Source: Cyanophora paradoxa CCMP329 (lineage: Eukaryota; Plantae; Glaucophyta). From it: DNA of 56,581 nucleotides. Where the stretch lies: NCBI GenBank assembly GCA_004431415.1, contig QPMI01000465.1:1-56581 (forward strand), read 5' to 3'. Of the stretch, positions 13,770 through 25,407 are shown in pieces (the first letter of the stretch is position 1; each line of letters begins with the position of its first letter). A program made the translations under genes and the position numbers. Below the pieces are notes generated by a model. The model searched no databases. It worked only from the letters and a program-made list of their open reading frames with translations, and was not told where the DNA came from.

Positions 13770-14608
13770 ACACATATGAATATTCATATTTTAATCCCTC
13801 GGCGTTCCGCCTCAGGATTAAAATATGAATATTCATATGTGTGATTCGATGTTATATCAATAAAATCGATTAATTTATTTGAATTTTCACATGAATTTTC
13901 ATTTCACATGAATTTCATATTTTTATATGCAATTTCAATTAATTTAATCGATATTATATCGATAAACTCGATTAATCGATATTGTATCTTAATTGTAGTT
14001 AATCGGAATTATATCAATAACTTCGATTGATCTAAATTGAATCCTAAATGAATCTTATCGGAATTATATCAATAAATTCGATTAAATCATGTTCTTTTCC
14101 GATTAAATCAATTAAATATTTAACTTTGTTACCATAAGTGGTCTAAGTTGACTCACTTTTCATAAACATTTTGAACTCTTAGTCTCCTTGAATTTCTTAA
14201 GATGACTCAACTTAGTCAACTTAGTCAACTTTGTTACCATAATCAATCAGGGTGGACTCACTTTTAGATCAACTTTGAAATTTCAAGCAAAATCAACTTT
14301 GATTTCAAAAGTGGATCTTCTAAGTGGACTCAAAATGTTCACTTTGTGATACATGTTAGCTCAAATCCTTACTGTTTATGGTCAGGGTTGACTAAGTGGG
14401 GGAGTTGACACATTTTGTGAAATCCTTTTTAGAAAACTTTTGGTCCCAAATATTTCCTGTGAAATTTGAGTCAACTCAACCCACTTAGTCAACCCTTGCA
14501 TTGAATTCGTAACAAAATCCATATACCTTTACTACTTTTACGATTAATATGAGTCAACCTTGAGTCCACTTTAATATAAATATTATATAATAGGGGGAAT
14601 CTAGGGGA
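13770..14608. repeat. Left terminal inverted repeat (~840 bp) with terminal hairpin 13770-13842
   Basis: Reverse complement of 40442-41285 apart from a few small indels. Confidence 0.95.
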
Positions 14609-14729
14609 ATGTCATTGTAGAAAGCTATTGTAGTAAGAGGATATATATTATGTCCTTTTGTTACAATAGCTGATCAATGTTATTGTTAGAAAACAAAAGA
14701 ATCCTTTCAAAACTCATTATAGAAACCCA

Positions 14730-15125
14730 TCAAAACGGGAATCTATCATGTTTATGTCTCTCAGTCTTCTCAAATGTGAGGAAATTCATTGTTTTATCGA
14801 TCTCATCTGCAACTGCTTGTGTTTATGCTGAGCTTCTTTACCACAACTGAATATATCAATTGCTAACATGCCTTCATTGGAATAACAATGAGCTGTGCAA
14901 TGGCTTTCATCTAATAGCAAAACTAATGCAAAACCAGGAGGTGATACTTTGCCATCAAATATTTCACAGTGTTTATGAACAATCCTAATGCCTTGTCTTA
15001 ATATAGCTTGTTCAAGGGTTCCATAATCCAATTACCTAGGAAGCTCACATGCTCATGTCCTGTTGCAATAGCTGATTTAGCCTTGTAATCAAGCATAACA
15101 TGAAAGCCTCTGTATTAGTCTCCAT
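14730..15125 (-). CDS. speD: S-adenosylmethionine decarboxylase proenzyme, short prokaryotic type (frameshifted)
   Basis: GFHVMLD...PPGFALVLLLDESHCTAHCY...LAIDIFSCG, including the E-S-H autocleavage site. Confidence 0.85.
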
Positions 15126-15148
15126 TAAGAATACCTTAGAAAAATTAA

Positions 15149-15420
15149 CTAGTCAAACCTAATGCAAATATCCCTATACTCTACTCTAATTGATGAAGTA
15201 GCCCTTTTCCTATGTGCTTGACTTTTTCTTTTATTACAGTCCCTACACCCTGATCCCTTCACATGATTAAAGGGATATGTGAGGATCACCTTGTTACACT
15301 GCAAACATCTAACAGATACTTTCTCTTGAGCTTTGATGTAATGTGTCTCACTGTAATCGAATTTATCTTTACCATGAACTGTCATAGCAGCATCAATAAA
15401 CTTTTTGTTTTACTATCCAT
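15149..15420 (-). CDS. Small zinc-ribbon repeat protein (DUF723/CapR-like, no nuclease domain)
   Basis: VHGKDKFDYSETHYIKAQEKVSVRCLQC...NHVKGSGCRDC; same repeat type as 27913-28845. Confidence 0.65.
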
Positions 15421-15442
15421 ACTCTATATATAACCAATATTC

Positions 15443-16273
15443 TTATGGAGCAGTATCCTGTCCAAAAATGGGGAAATATCGATTTGTGCCATAATACTCA
15501 GCATAGGTATTCTGCCTTGCAATAAAATCGGTTCTCTCAGCATATAATACACACTTGTAGATACCAAACTTGGTGGCTCTCACCAGAAACTGATAGTCTT
15601 CCAAACCGAAATTGACTCCATGATAAGCAATACCAAAATTATCATATGGGGTGATCACAACTGCAAAATTAGGAGTTCCACCCTCTACTTGACATACAGC
15701 ATATACATCTGGTGGGATATCCACAACTACCTTGTAGTGGTCACCAATTTCAACAAGGGAGTCTACTACTGCTGTTTGTTCATTTACAACAATGGGGAAT
15801 ATCTTTATAATGTATGGGGCATTCATGCTGGGGACATAGGTTCGAATTCTTGTATTGGGATCAATGGGATTGGGTTGATCATTCACAAATAAAGGCGCTC
15901 CAACAGCCCCACCAACCCTAAGACCATCACCAATATAAGCTCCCCCCGATTTGCAGTTAATAGCTCCCGACCTAGATTCAAAAGAATAAGTAGAAAGAGG
16001 ATCTCCATAACTATCTGGGTCTCCATAATGAGCAGAAAAGTTTGCATTTGTGACAAGTAGCTTAGTTGTTTTAACTATTCATTATTTTTATCACATCTGA
16101 GTTCCTGCAATCTCAGCTTGTGGGTGGAACCAAAGGTGTTCATTGTAGTTGGACCTCTGTTGATTGGAGACCCTCTACATCATCAAAGGTAGCATGTTGC
16201 AGAACATGGTTTGCTGGTGCAGCTAATGAAAGCTGAGGTGTAATTATTCGTTCAAGTGGGGTTGCTCAGCCAT
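15443..16273 (-). CDS. Fibre-like virion protein, paralog 4 (frameshifted)
   Basis: Shared N-module (LRLQELRCDK..VKTTKLLVTNAN...SGGAYIGDGLRVGG) with a C-terminal head VVVDIPPD...VITPY...VLYAERTD. Confidence 0.6.
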
Positions 16274-16296
16274 TTTACATTAAAGGGATATATCTT

Positions 16297-17149
16297 TTAT
16301 GGGGTTGGGTCATCAATTACATCTGGTTCCATGTAAAATCCTGTTGTGAATATATCAGCAACATTTACACCACGAAGTGCTGATACAGCTGCTATATCTG
16401 TTCTCAGTCCCATAATCATAGTATTGTATACTCCCACCTCAGTGACAAACAGATCATAGGTAAATGTCAAATTGTTATAAACACAATATCCTCTGCCAAA
16501 ATGGTTCGAAGCTTGAACAAAGAATAAGTAGTTGTGACCTGGTTGATTATTATTGCTCTACACATGGAAAGCATTGAAGTGGGAAGAGGAATATTTCTTC
16601 TTACTCGATCAGTTCCTGTAATGGAAACTAATTCCGAATTCTCAAGAGTTACAGAGGATGCAACATAGAAATGCAAAAAAGGTTGCTGTGCAACAGGTGT
16701 GTAGAAACGAATTCGTTGTGGGTTCTCAGCATTTTGCTCTAGAGTATCTGGGACATCATTGTAGGAAACAGATGAAGATAGCTGACCTGAAACTCTGCAG
16801 CCTCCACCAATAAAAGCTCCTCCTGATCTCACAGTAACAGCAGCAGTGTTTTTATCATAATCAAGGGCTTTCAGATCAACACTGTAAGCATCAGGACCTC
16901 CATTAGTAGGTTGAAAAAAGTTCGCATTTGAGACAAGGAGTCGAGTGGTTTTAACCACACCCGAATTCTTGTCTGCTCTCAATTCTTTAACTCGAATAAT
17001 CGAATTTTTATCAAAGGAGTTACCATTGGAGTTGGGTCTCTCTGTGGATTCTAAACCACGAACCTCATCATTAACTTCATGCTGGCGAAAGTGCATTGCA
17101 GGGATCCAAGGGAATATATTGGAAGTTGAACTCGATTATATTCACCCAT
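16297..17149 (-). CDS. Fibre-like virion protein, paralog 3 (frameshifted)
   Basis: IRVKELRADKNSGVVKTTRLLVSNAN...SGGAFIGGGCRVSG; the head is related to paralog 4 (ends MGLRTD). Confidence 0.6.
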
Positions 17150-17187
17150 TGCTTCTTTTACTAAGAAGGAAAGAAAAATAATGTTCA

Positions 17188-17451
17188 CTACTCTTCTGTG
17201 AAATTGTTATATTCAATCGCCTTTTTAACAGTTCCCCTTTGGAATGCCTGTAACACAATCGCTTCCTTTGTGGTTGGTATTTGAACTCCTACTGCAATGC
17301 AAGATTGAACTTCTTTCTGAACAATCTCATCAATTGCAATTCTTGCCCTGTTGTGGGCAGCATTATCGATCCAATCCTGAACAGAAGCAGCACAAAATTC
17401 CATCCCCAACTTTTCAGTATCTGATAGAACCACTTGATAGATATTCGACAT
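17188..17451 (-). CDS. Small phage-like fibre-associated protein
   Basis: LSDTEKLGMEFCAASVQDWIDNAAHNRARIAIDEIV resembles small proteins I recall next to C1q fibres in aquatic tailed phages (unverified). Confidence 0.55.
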   Translation of the reverse strand: MSNIYQVVLSDTEKLGMEFCAASVQDWIDNAAHNRARIAIDEIVQKEVQSCIAVGVQIPTTKEAIVLQAFQRGTVKKAIEYNNFTEE

Positions 17452-17472
17452 TCTTACTCTATCAAAAGAAAA

Positions 17473-18494
17473 TTATGTAATACTTATCAACTCTCCACAA
17501 AATGTTGTTGCAGAGGAATATGTCCCCTGGTTTGTTGTCCAAATAGTTACATATTCGTTGGCTGCAAGATTGAGAATGCAGGACATTTGAAGAGGTCTGA
17601 CTATTAATGTGCCTGTGCTGGAAACAGAAAGAGAAATGCCCCCAGGATCGGCATCATTCAATTTGAAGAAAAGCTGAATTGGGTTTTGTGTTGTTGAGTT
17701 GGTAAAACTGAGAATCGATAATGTCCAGCAACAGGAGCTGTAAATCTTCCTGATGATCCAGTGAAGGATCCTGTTACATTAACAAGATTGGTTGCCCAAT
17801 TAATGAGAGCGGTCGAAGAAGTTGCAGTGTGATTATAACCCAATCGGAAGCAGAACCTTGGTTGGAAGCTGTTCTTTAAATAACACCCTGTATTAATTGT
17901 TAACGAATTGGCTTCAAGTGTTGCTACTGTATTGCTGTTTCGCTTCAACACAAGATCAACATTTCCTCCTGTATCAATTTCAGGAGTTACTAATCTTGTT
18001 GTTGCAGTAATGGTGGGTTGAGAATTGGTTGCTACTGAGACTCCACCATTTGCTGTAACCATTCCTGTAAAAGTGGTTGTCCCTGTCACAGCAAGTTGAC
18101 TTGCTGTAAGAGTTCCATCAACCCTTGCCCCATCTCCAATGTAGGCTCCTCCACTTCTTACTACAAGAGCAGAGTTATTCATGGTGTTGTCAAAAGTAAT
18201 AATTTTCGGTGTGATGAACCCTCCCACATCATCATAAATTGCTGTATCTGATACAATCGATCCCGATTGGACTTGGTTCTTATTTGACACAATTAAACCA
18301 GTGGCTCTCACCTTTCCATTATTGCGATCACATCGTATCTCTTTGCATCTGATCACAGAATTTTGAGAAAATGAATCCGCTCCTGTGGATTCTGTGCAAA
18401 TAAACCCAGGGGTTGCATCTGTTACTGTGTGGTTGAGTTGATGCAATTTTGGGGCTGCATAACAGAAAACAGGAACAGCAATCTGTGTAGACAT
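17473..18494 (-). CDS. Fibre protein with C-terminal gC1q domain, paralog 2 (frameshifted)
   Basis: Shared N-module; GRFTAPVAGHYRFS...ILNLAANEYVTI...TFCGELIS. Confidence 0.8.
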
Positions 18495-18516
18495 TCTTTA
18501 CTTTAAAGTAACAATA

Positions 18517-19586
18517 TTATGTGGCGCTAATCAGCATTCCTCCAAAGTGCGATCGATTGGTGTATACGATTGCAGCAGTGGAATTATTGTAAATTCGTAT
18601 CCAATCATTTGCAGCAAGGTTGATGATGCATTCATATGATATAGGTAATCGTGACATTGAGGAAGCAAAAGTTGCTCTTGCCTCATATTCTGATGTTGCT
18701 CCATTTTTCCGAAGATTCAGAACAATCTCAGATGCAGTAGTGGTTGAGATAATCACTTGGAACAGAAGTAATAATTTCCTGCAACAGGGGCGGTAAAATT
18801 CCCTAATGTTGAACCATTGAAGTTGTTTCCATGGTTGATAAGAACTCCTGGAAATAGAATATTCGTTCCGGTTGCTTTTGAAACTGTTGTTTCTGCTGCA
18901 TTCGGAGCCATAACAGAAGCCATAAAACGGGGGCAACCATTTCGTTTTAGATAGCTTCCTGATGAAAATACGATCGCCTCTCTGTTTGATGGTGTTGTTT
19001 GGATATTTTGTAGTGTCACAATTGCGCTTCCATTTCGTTTGTAAATAAAGTTGGTGTCTGCAATTGTGTCACTCTCAGGAGTTGTTAATCTTGTTGACAG
19101 TGTGAGAGTTCCATACTGAATACTTCCTGAAAGACCACCATTTAAGTTCATCAACCCTGAAAATGAACTTGTCCCACTCACAGTCAACTGATTTGCTGTG
19201 ACAGTCCCCACCACAATTGCTCCATCACCAATGTAGGCTCCTCCACTTTTAACTACAAGAGCAGAAGTATTACTTGTGTTACCAAAAGTAACTATCTGTG
19301 CTGTGGTGAATCCACCCACATTATCATACACTGCTGAATCGGGGACTATTTGACCTGCTTGAACCTGATTTTTATTCGAGATAATTATTCCTGTGGTTCT
19401 TATCTTGCCCCCATTTCGATCACATCGAATTTCTTTGACTCTCAGTATATTGTTCTCTGTGAAAGAGGAATTGCTTGATGTTTCACTGGAAATAAAACCG
19501 GGTGTAGTGTCGACTACTTCATGGGAGGTGCTATGTAGTGATTTTGCTGCAAGTTCATAGTTTGGAATCTCTAAAAGGGAGGTCAT
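18517..19586 (-). CDS. Fibre protein with C-terminal gC1q domain, paralog 1 (frameshifted)
   Basis: Shared N-module; INHGNNFN...FTAPVAGNYYF...LRKNG...INLAANDWIRI...HFGGMLIS. Confidence 0.8.
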
Positions 19587-19605
19587 CTTTATAATTACGA
19601 AATAG

Positions 19606-22600
19606 TTAAATTGCGACAGCAATGTAATGAATTGTAACTGGAAATCCTGGTCTGTCAAAAGAACTTAATGGAACTATGTCAAGCTCACAAGTGAAATAGC
19701 TACTGTAAACTTGTTTAAGCCTAACATACATTCGATAGTAGTAGGCTGTCTCATTGTGTTGTATACCAGTTGTTACAATAGGAGGGTTAGCAAAGCTGCT
19801 GTTGAAATTAATAGTGAGGTTAAACCTATGGTCAGGATTTGCCCAAAGATAAGGAGTAGTGTAAACATACGTTCCTGCTTGGATTTTCCCATTAAAATAT
19901 GCATTGAGTTGACTGGAAAGATCTGCCTCTGTAATACATCGACTGATGGTCGCATTATTTGAGGGGTTCATAGCATAGAAATTTCTTGCATAGGCATTTC
20001 CACGAACAAGTAAGGTTTTATCAAAGTAATTCTGCGAATTGTGGAAGAACCATGTTTCTTCAAACATAGGTCCTGCTGGTTCTACAATCTGACCTGATCC
20101 TACATACATTGTGTTGTTGGCTCTGATTGTGGTGGCTGTGAAAGGATCAAGAGTTGGTCTATTGGTCAAATCATTGTAGTTTCCTGAGAAAATTGCAGGT
20201 TTGTTATAGATATCTGTATTCCAATCATGAGTGTGTGCAAAATCTGTAATCTCTGCCTTAGTGTGGGTGTGACCAACATATGCAACATTTCCAAGATCTG
20301 TAATCTCTGCCTTGGTATGGGTGTGACCCACATATGCAACATTTCCGAGATCTAAGATCTCAGATTTAACATGAGTGTGAGCGAAATTTGTGATATCTGC
20401 TCTTGTGTGGAAGTGTGCAAAATCTGTAATTTGTGATTTGGTGTGAGTGTGTGCAAAATCTGTGATTTCTGCCTTTGTGTGGGTGTGTGATCTATTATTT
20501 AGATCAAGGAAACTACCCGAAAATGCAACAGGATGCAGATTTGCAGCAGTGGGTTTATTTATGAGATCATTATAATCTCCTGTGAAAGAGATGGTCTTTA
20601 GTTCACCCCTTCCTACATAATCAGAAGGGAGATCAATCTTAATGGCATAATAGCTGGATCATCAGGTATCTCATACTCACCTCCTGGATGAACCACAGGA
20701 AAGGTTTGATTGCTTTCAGTATGGACAAAGAAGTTACATGCTGTTACTGTTCCATCAATAGTCCCACCTGTGAGAGGGAGGTAATTGCCTGTAACACCAA
20801 TACCTATACCTGCAATGATTGTATTTAGTTCTGTTTCATCTATGTAGTTCTGAGCTTGAAGGTAATCCTCTGTGACTACTCTCGAAATGCTCTCATTGTG
20901 TATGTTTTTTGCAGCCATTCTTTGATTGGCTTCCAGAACCCCACCATAATCTGTTTTAATCCATGCAAGCTCTGCCCTTCCATAATTATCATTTGCAGTT
21001 CCCACTATGGGAATGTAGGAATACTTATCTCGACTGAAAACTATCATTGGTCTTGAGCCATCTAAGCTGCTTACATCTGCTACATGAACCTGTATAGCAG
21101 AGTTGTAATTTTGGTAGGTTGCTGGGTCTGTTGGGACTCTGAATGTATCTGTGGGAATGTCAGCCTCCATGTAGCTTGACACAAAGATATTTGGTATGGT
21201 TGCTCCTGGTGGTGGTGGGGTTTCAAAAGAGCCTGGTAATGTCCTAATATGAAGTGGTCCTCTCATAGCTGAATTTGCAAGTGTCCCATTCACATGTACA
21301 TAGTGTTCATTCAAAAAGATTCTTTCAGGGACATTGCAAGTCTGGTAAAGAGAAACCCCCAAGTTATCAAGAGGCTCTACCTTTGCAAATTCTGGTTGGT
21401 CATTGATCTCATCCCAAATATGTTCATGTTTGCTTGGTGGGAACTCAGTAGGTATCCCATCAATTTCACCCCAATCATGCCTGTGATCCTCTGGTGGATA
21501 CTTTTGAGGTTTGCCTAAGATCTCATCCCAATCATGATTGTGATCCTCTGGGGGATACTTTGCAGGTTTATTATTAATTTGTTCATAATCAGGAAAGAAC
21601 TCCCAGATCTCAGGTCGAAATCCATCTGGTAACAATTCCTCATGGGGTTCATAAGGTTGCTCATAGTCAACAGCTGGTGGATCATGACCATCAGGTAAAT
21701 ACTCCTCATCAGGTTCATAGTTCTGCTCATACTCAAACTCTTGTGGATCTAAGCCATCTGGTAGTATCTCCTCCTCATTGGGGTCAAATTGATCATATTC
21801 ATATTCTTGTGGGTCAAAACCATCTGGTAAATACTCTTCCTCATCTGGGACGAATTGATATTCATCAAGCTCTAATATATCGACTTCAGGAGGTAAATAC
21901 TGCTCATCTATTTGCTTTCTTGGTTCAATTATAGGTTTATTGCGAACTTGCTCCCAACTAACAATATGCTGCCCAAAGGCTACATCTTCAGTTGCTGTGT
22001 ATTCTCTTCCAGGCTGTTTCTTTGGTGTTAAATCGGGAGGTCCATTTGGAAATGGAATAGGGAATGGGACTGTTGGTCCATTGGGACCATAATGCTCGAT
22101 TATTTCCCTTAGAGTTTTCTCACTCACAAGTTTCTCCCCATTTGCATACACATTGCTGCCATGGATATTTCGCCATTGCCTGGTTCGAATTCCAAGGTCT
22201 TTCACATTGCTATACAAAGGCAAAAGGTGCCTATCCATTTCGACTAAATCAGGGTGTAAATGGATTGCTACTGGTTGACTGGGGCTACTGTTGATTGTAA
22301 TTGATGGCTTTTTTTGATGGACATCTTTTGGAGTAAAAAACCCAAAAGGCTCATTCCTCGCAAAGTCATATGTAATATCCTTGGGGTATACATCATTTGT
22401 GTAGGAGACCTGATTTGTGTTGGCAATAGGACCCACTTGCAATACTTGGGGACCTCAGCTTTTGCAGTGCTGCCCTCATTGTAAATTCGCAAAGCTGTGT
22501 TCTGTTTGCCCTGCTCATCTTGAACATTGAAAATCAATCGACCACTATCGAACCTGGAAGGTATATCTGGGTGAGTGCCACTGGTTTTTAGTTTCCTAGG

Positions 22601-22864
22601 TCTCCTTCTTGTTGCTTTGATCTCTGCCACTTGGTTTGCTTTCACATTACCCAAACTAAAAGCAACACTGACCTCCTCTTTATCTGGATCGGTTTGATTC
22701 ACAGATAAAGCATGCTCCCTTGATTGAGTCTTTGATGAATTATCAGAGCTGTGGTCAATTGAAACTGAACCCTTTACTTTAATATTATCAAAGTTCACAT
22801 GCTTGGTGCTGCTTGCATTATCATCTTGAATGGTTTCTAGATTTGGTGGGTAATTGAAGCTCAT
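19606..22864 (-). CDS. Large fibre protein: acidic repeats, phage-tail HxH repeats, C-terminal H-type-lectin-like domain (frameshifted)
   Basis: EEYLPDGxDP repeats; HDWDEILGKP and HTHTKAEITD repeats; YLPLTGGTIDG; INFNSSFANPPIV...IHYIAV. Confidence 0.7.
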
Positions 22865-22907
22865 GGCTTTTACTATATGGATTTATAAAATTCCTGATAA
22901 GTAAAAG

Positions 22908-24460
22908 ATGCCCCTCAAGGTCGTTTTAAGTCTTTCTGGCGGGGGTGCAAGGGGCATTATCATAACCAGGCTGCTAAAAGAAATCGAAAATCGAACTGGC
23001 AGGAGAATAATCGATCTTGTGGATCTTGTGAGTGGAACTTCCACTGGTGGGATCATTGCAATAGGTTTGAATATAAGGCATCCTGATAAACCAGGTGAAC
23101 CTAAACTGACAGCAAACGATTTACACAATATTTACCTAACTCAACTGCCCTTGATTTTCGCAAATCCTCGAAATATAATCGAAAATGCCCTTTTTAATAC
23201 AAAGTATGATGTGGGACCCTTGGAGACTGCAATCAATTCAGTTACTGGTGAATCACTAATACAGGATTCCCTAAAGGACATTGTGATTACATCCTTTGAT
23301 ACTCAGAATATGAAACCAATATTTATCACAAATGACAACAATTACAACTTTATGCCCTGTAAGATTGCTGCTAGGGCTACTTCTGCTGCTCCTACATACT
23401 TTTCACCTGTAAGCATTGTTGATTTCAATCGGGGAGTATATGTCTGTCTCATTGATGGTGCCATTTCTGGAAACAATAATCCCAGTGTGTGTGGTTACAG
23501 CCATGCAAAGAAAATTTACAGTGATGATGATGATATTATAGTAATAAGTATATCTTGTGGAGAGGTGGACCCACATTTAGAGTCTGATTATGTGGGTTAT
23601 GCTTATGAGACTGTCAACAGCTGGGCATTCTCTCATGGATTGCCTCAACAGATGGAAGCCCATTGATTAACATGCTCATGGCTGCAAGTGAGCTTTCTGC
23701 CTTGATAAGATGGAGGAGTTGTTACCCTACAACTATGATCAGGATTATGGGAGATACTATAGGCTATCAGTCCCACTTCCAAATCATATAGTAAGCTCCC
23801 TGGATGACACTTCTAAAATCCCAGACATGCTTGCATTCACTGAAACATACATTGCAGCAAACAATGATATGATTAATAAGCTTTGCAGCATTCTAGTAGC
23901 AAACTATGAATTAAAGAACCCTTCAAAGGCTTACATATCATCCACTCTCACTACATCACCTCCTTTGGATGCAAATTGGTATCAGCTTGCAGATGATGCC
24001 TTCACTGCCTCATCCTCTGTGACAGGTAAAGAGCCTTTCATGGCTAGACCTTCAGCATTTGGCTGGGAAGCTGGAGCCTATGCTCCTGAGCAGATATGGG
24101 AAACCCCACTGAATACCTTCAAGTTGCTTTCCCATATACTTTCGAACTCTCCTCTGTTATTGCCTATGGTTCAGGGGACACCAATGCTTTTATTAAGACT
24201 TTCAATGTGGCAACATCCACTGATGGGATCAACTGGTCTTTTATTCGATCAGATGGGCAGAACAAAATATATGTCTGTGAGAACATTAACAATGCTCACA
24301 ACTCAGGTGATGTTGCTTTATTGAGTGGATTTCCTCTCAGCATCAAGGATGCTTTTTACATAGGTTTTTCTCTCAGAATCAAGTATATTCGCATTTATCC
24401 CTTGTGTATGTGAATGCTCCCACAATGAGAGTGGACTTTACAGGTGCCTTTATTCGATAA
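22908..24460 (+). CDS. Patatin-like phospholipase fused to an F5/8 type C (discoidin) domain (frameshifted)
   Basis: LSLSGGGARG, GTSTGG, ATSAAPTYF, LIDGA; then FTASSS...EYLQVAF...STDGINW...YIRIYP...MRVDFTG. Confidence 0.82.
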
Positions 24461-25378
24461 ACTCCAACTGAAAAGAATTGTCGATTCCATTCATATCAAT
24501 CAGTTCACCAAAGTAATCTTTAAACTCCACAGTGAGTTCCCTTATCACCAGGTTTCTGTCATTTATCTGAATGAATTCGGCATGCTCACCACTATGGTAA
24601 ACATAGCCGCCTATATCTTTACTCAATTGCAGTCTAAGGATTGCCCCTGGTTATGTGGTTGCGATTTCGGGATTATATTGTGTCTGCTGGCAAAGGGGAC
24701 AGCTCTTTAATATGCATGTACAGATACTGCTCAGCATTCATATCAGACATCTTCCTGCTGTCAAAATAATATTGCAAGGGCTTAGATGAGAGTCTGGGTC
24801 CCGAAAAGGTGGTTCCCCATGCTGGGTGATCAGGTGTAATAGGTTTGCCATCATACTTTAACAGGTTCTCAGGTCGATAGGGTGATCCACCAACAGGAGG
24901 AGTGCTATAATACCCATTGGTGTATTCAGTAGAACTCACACCCAAAAGCTTCCCTATTCTCTGGTTGCTTGCAATAAAACGAAACTCATGGTTACTGTAA
25001 AACTCCACTTTATAGGTAGTTGGGTTATAGAATATCTTGAACTCAAAAGCTACTGTTTTGCCTGCAATGGTTTGGAAGCTTGAATAGTTCAGCCCATAAT
25101 TATAAGGGTGTGTTACCCAAAATGACCTGGTTAATGTAGCCACTGGGAAGGGGATACACTTTCTGTGTGATGATTTCATTGTATGAACCATCTTGGTAAT
25201 TAAACTGAACTGTTAGATGATCAGTTCCCACACTGTTATAGATACTGTTTGGAATCTCTGCATAGAGAACCCTACATTCCCTTGGTCTCTCTACTGGAGT
25301 TGTGAGAGTGACCCTGTAAGAGTTTTCATTTTGTCCTTGGCTTCTATCCCTGCTATCAATATTAACAAGTCGATTCAT
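24450..25378 (-). CDS. Minor capsid (penton) protein 1, single jelly-roll (frameshifted)
   Basis: N-terminal NIDSRDR...AEIPNSIYN; YLYMHIKEL; C-terminal LTVEFKDYFGELIDMNGIDNSFQLEF. Confidence 0.75.
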
Positions 25379-25407
25379 TTTAATATATAAATATAGATAA
25401 AAGAAGA

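Noticed and set aside
14140-14571. CRISPR-like or telomeric array
   Set aside because: Short GTTGACT motifs with irregular spacing and mixed orientation; no constant repeat-spacer structure and no cas genes.
11834-19586. Diversity-generating retroelement (RT near fibre genes)
   Set aside because: The RT is DIRS-type with RNase H, MT and YR, and lies outside the virus; I saw no template/variable repeat pair with adenine-specific differences.
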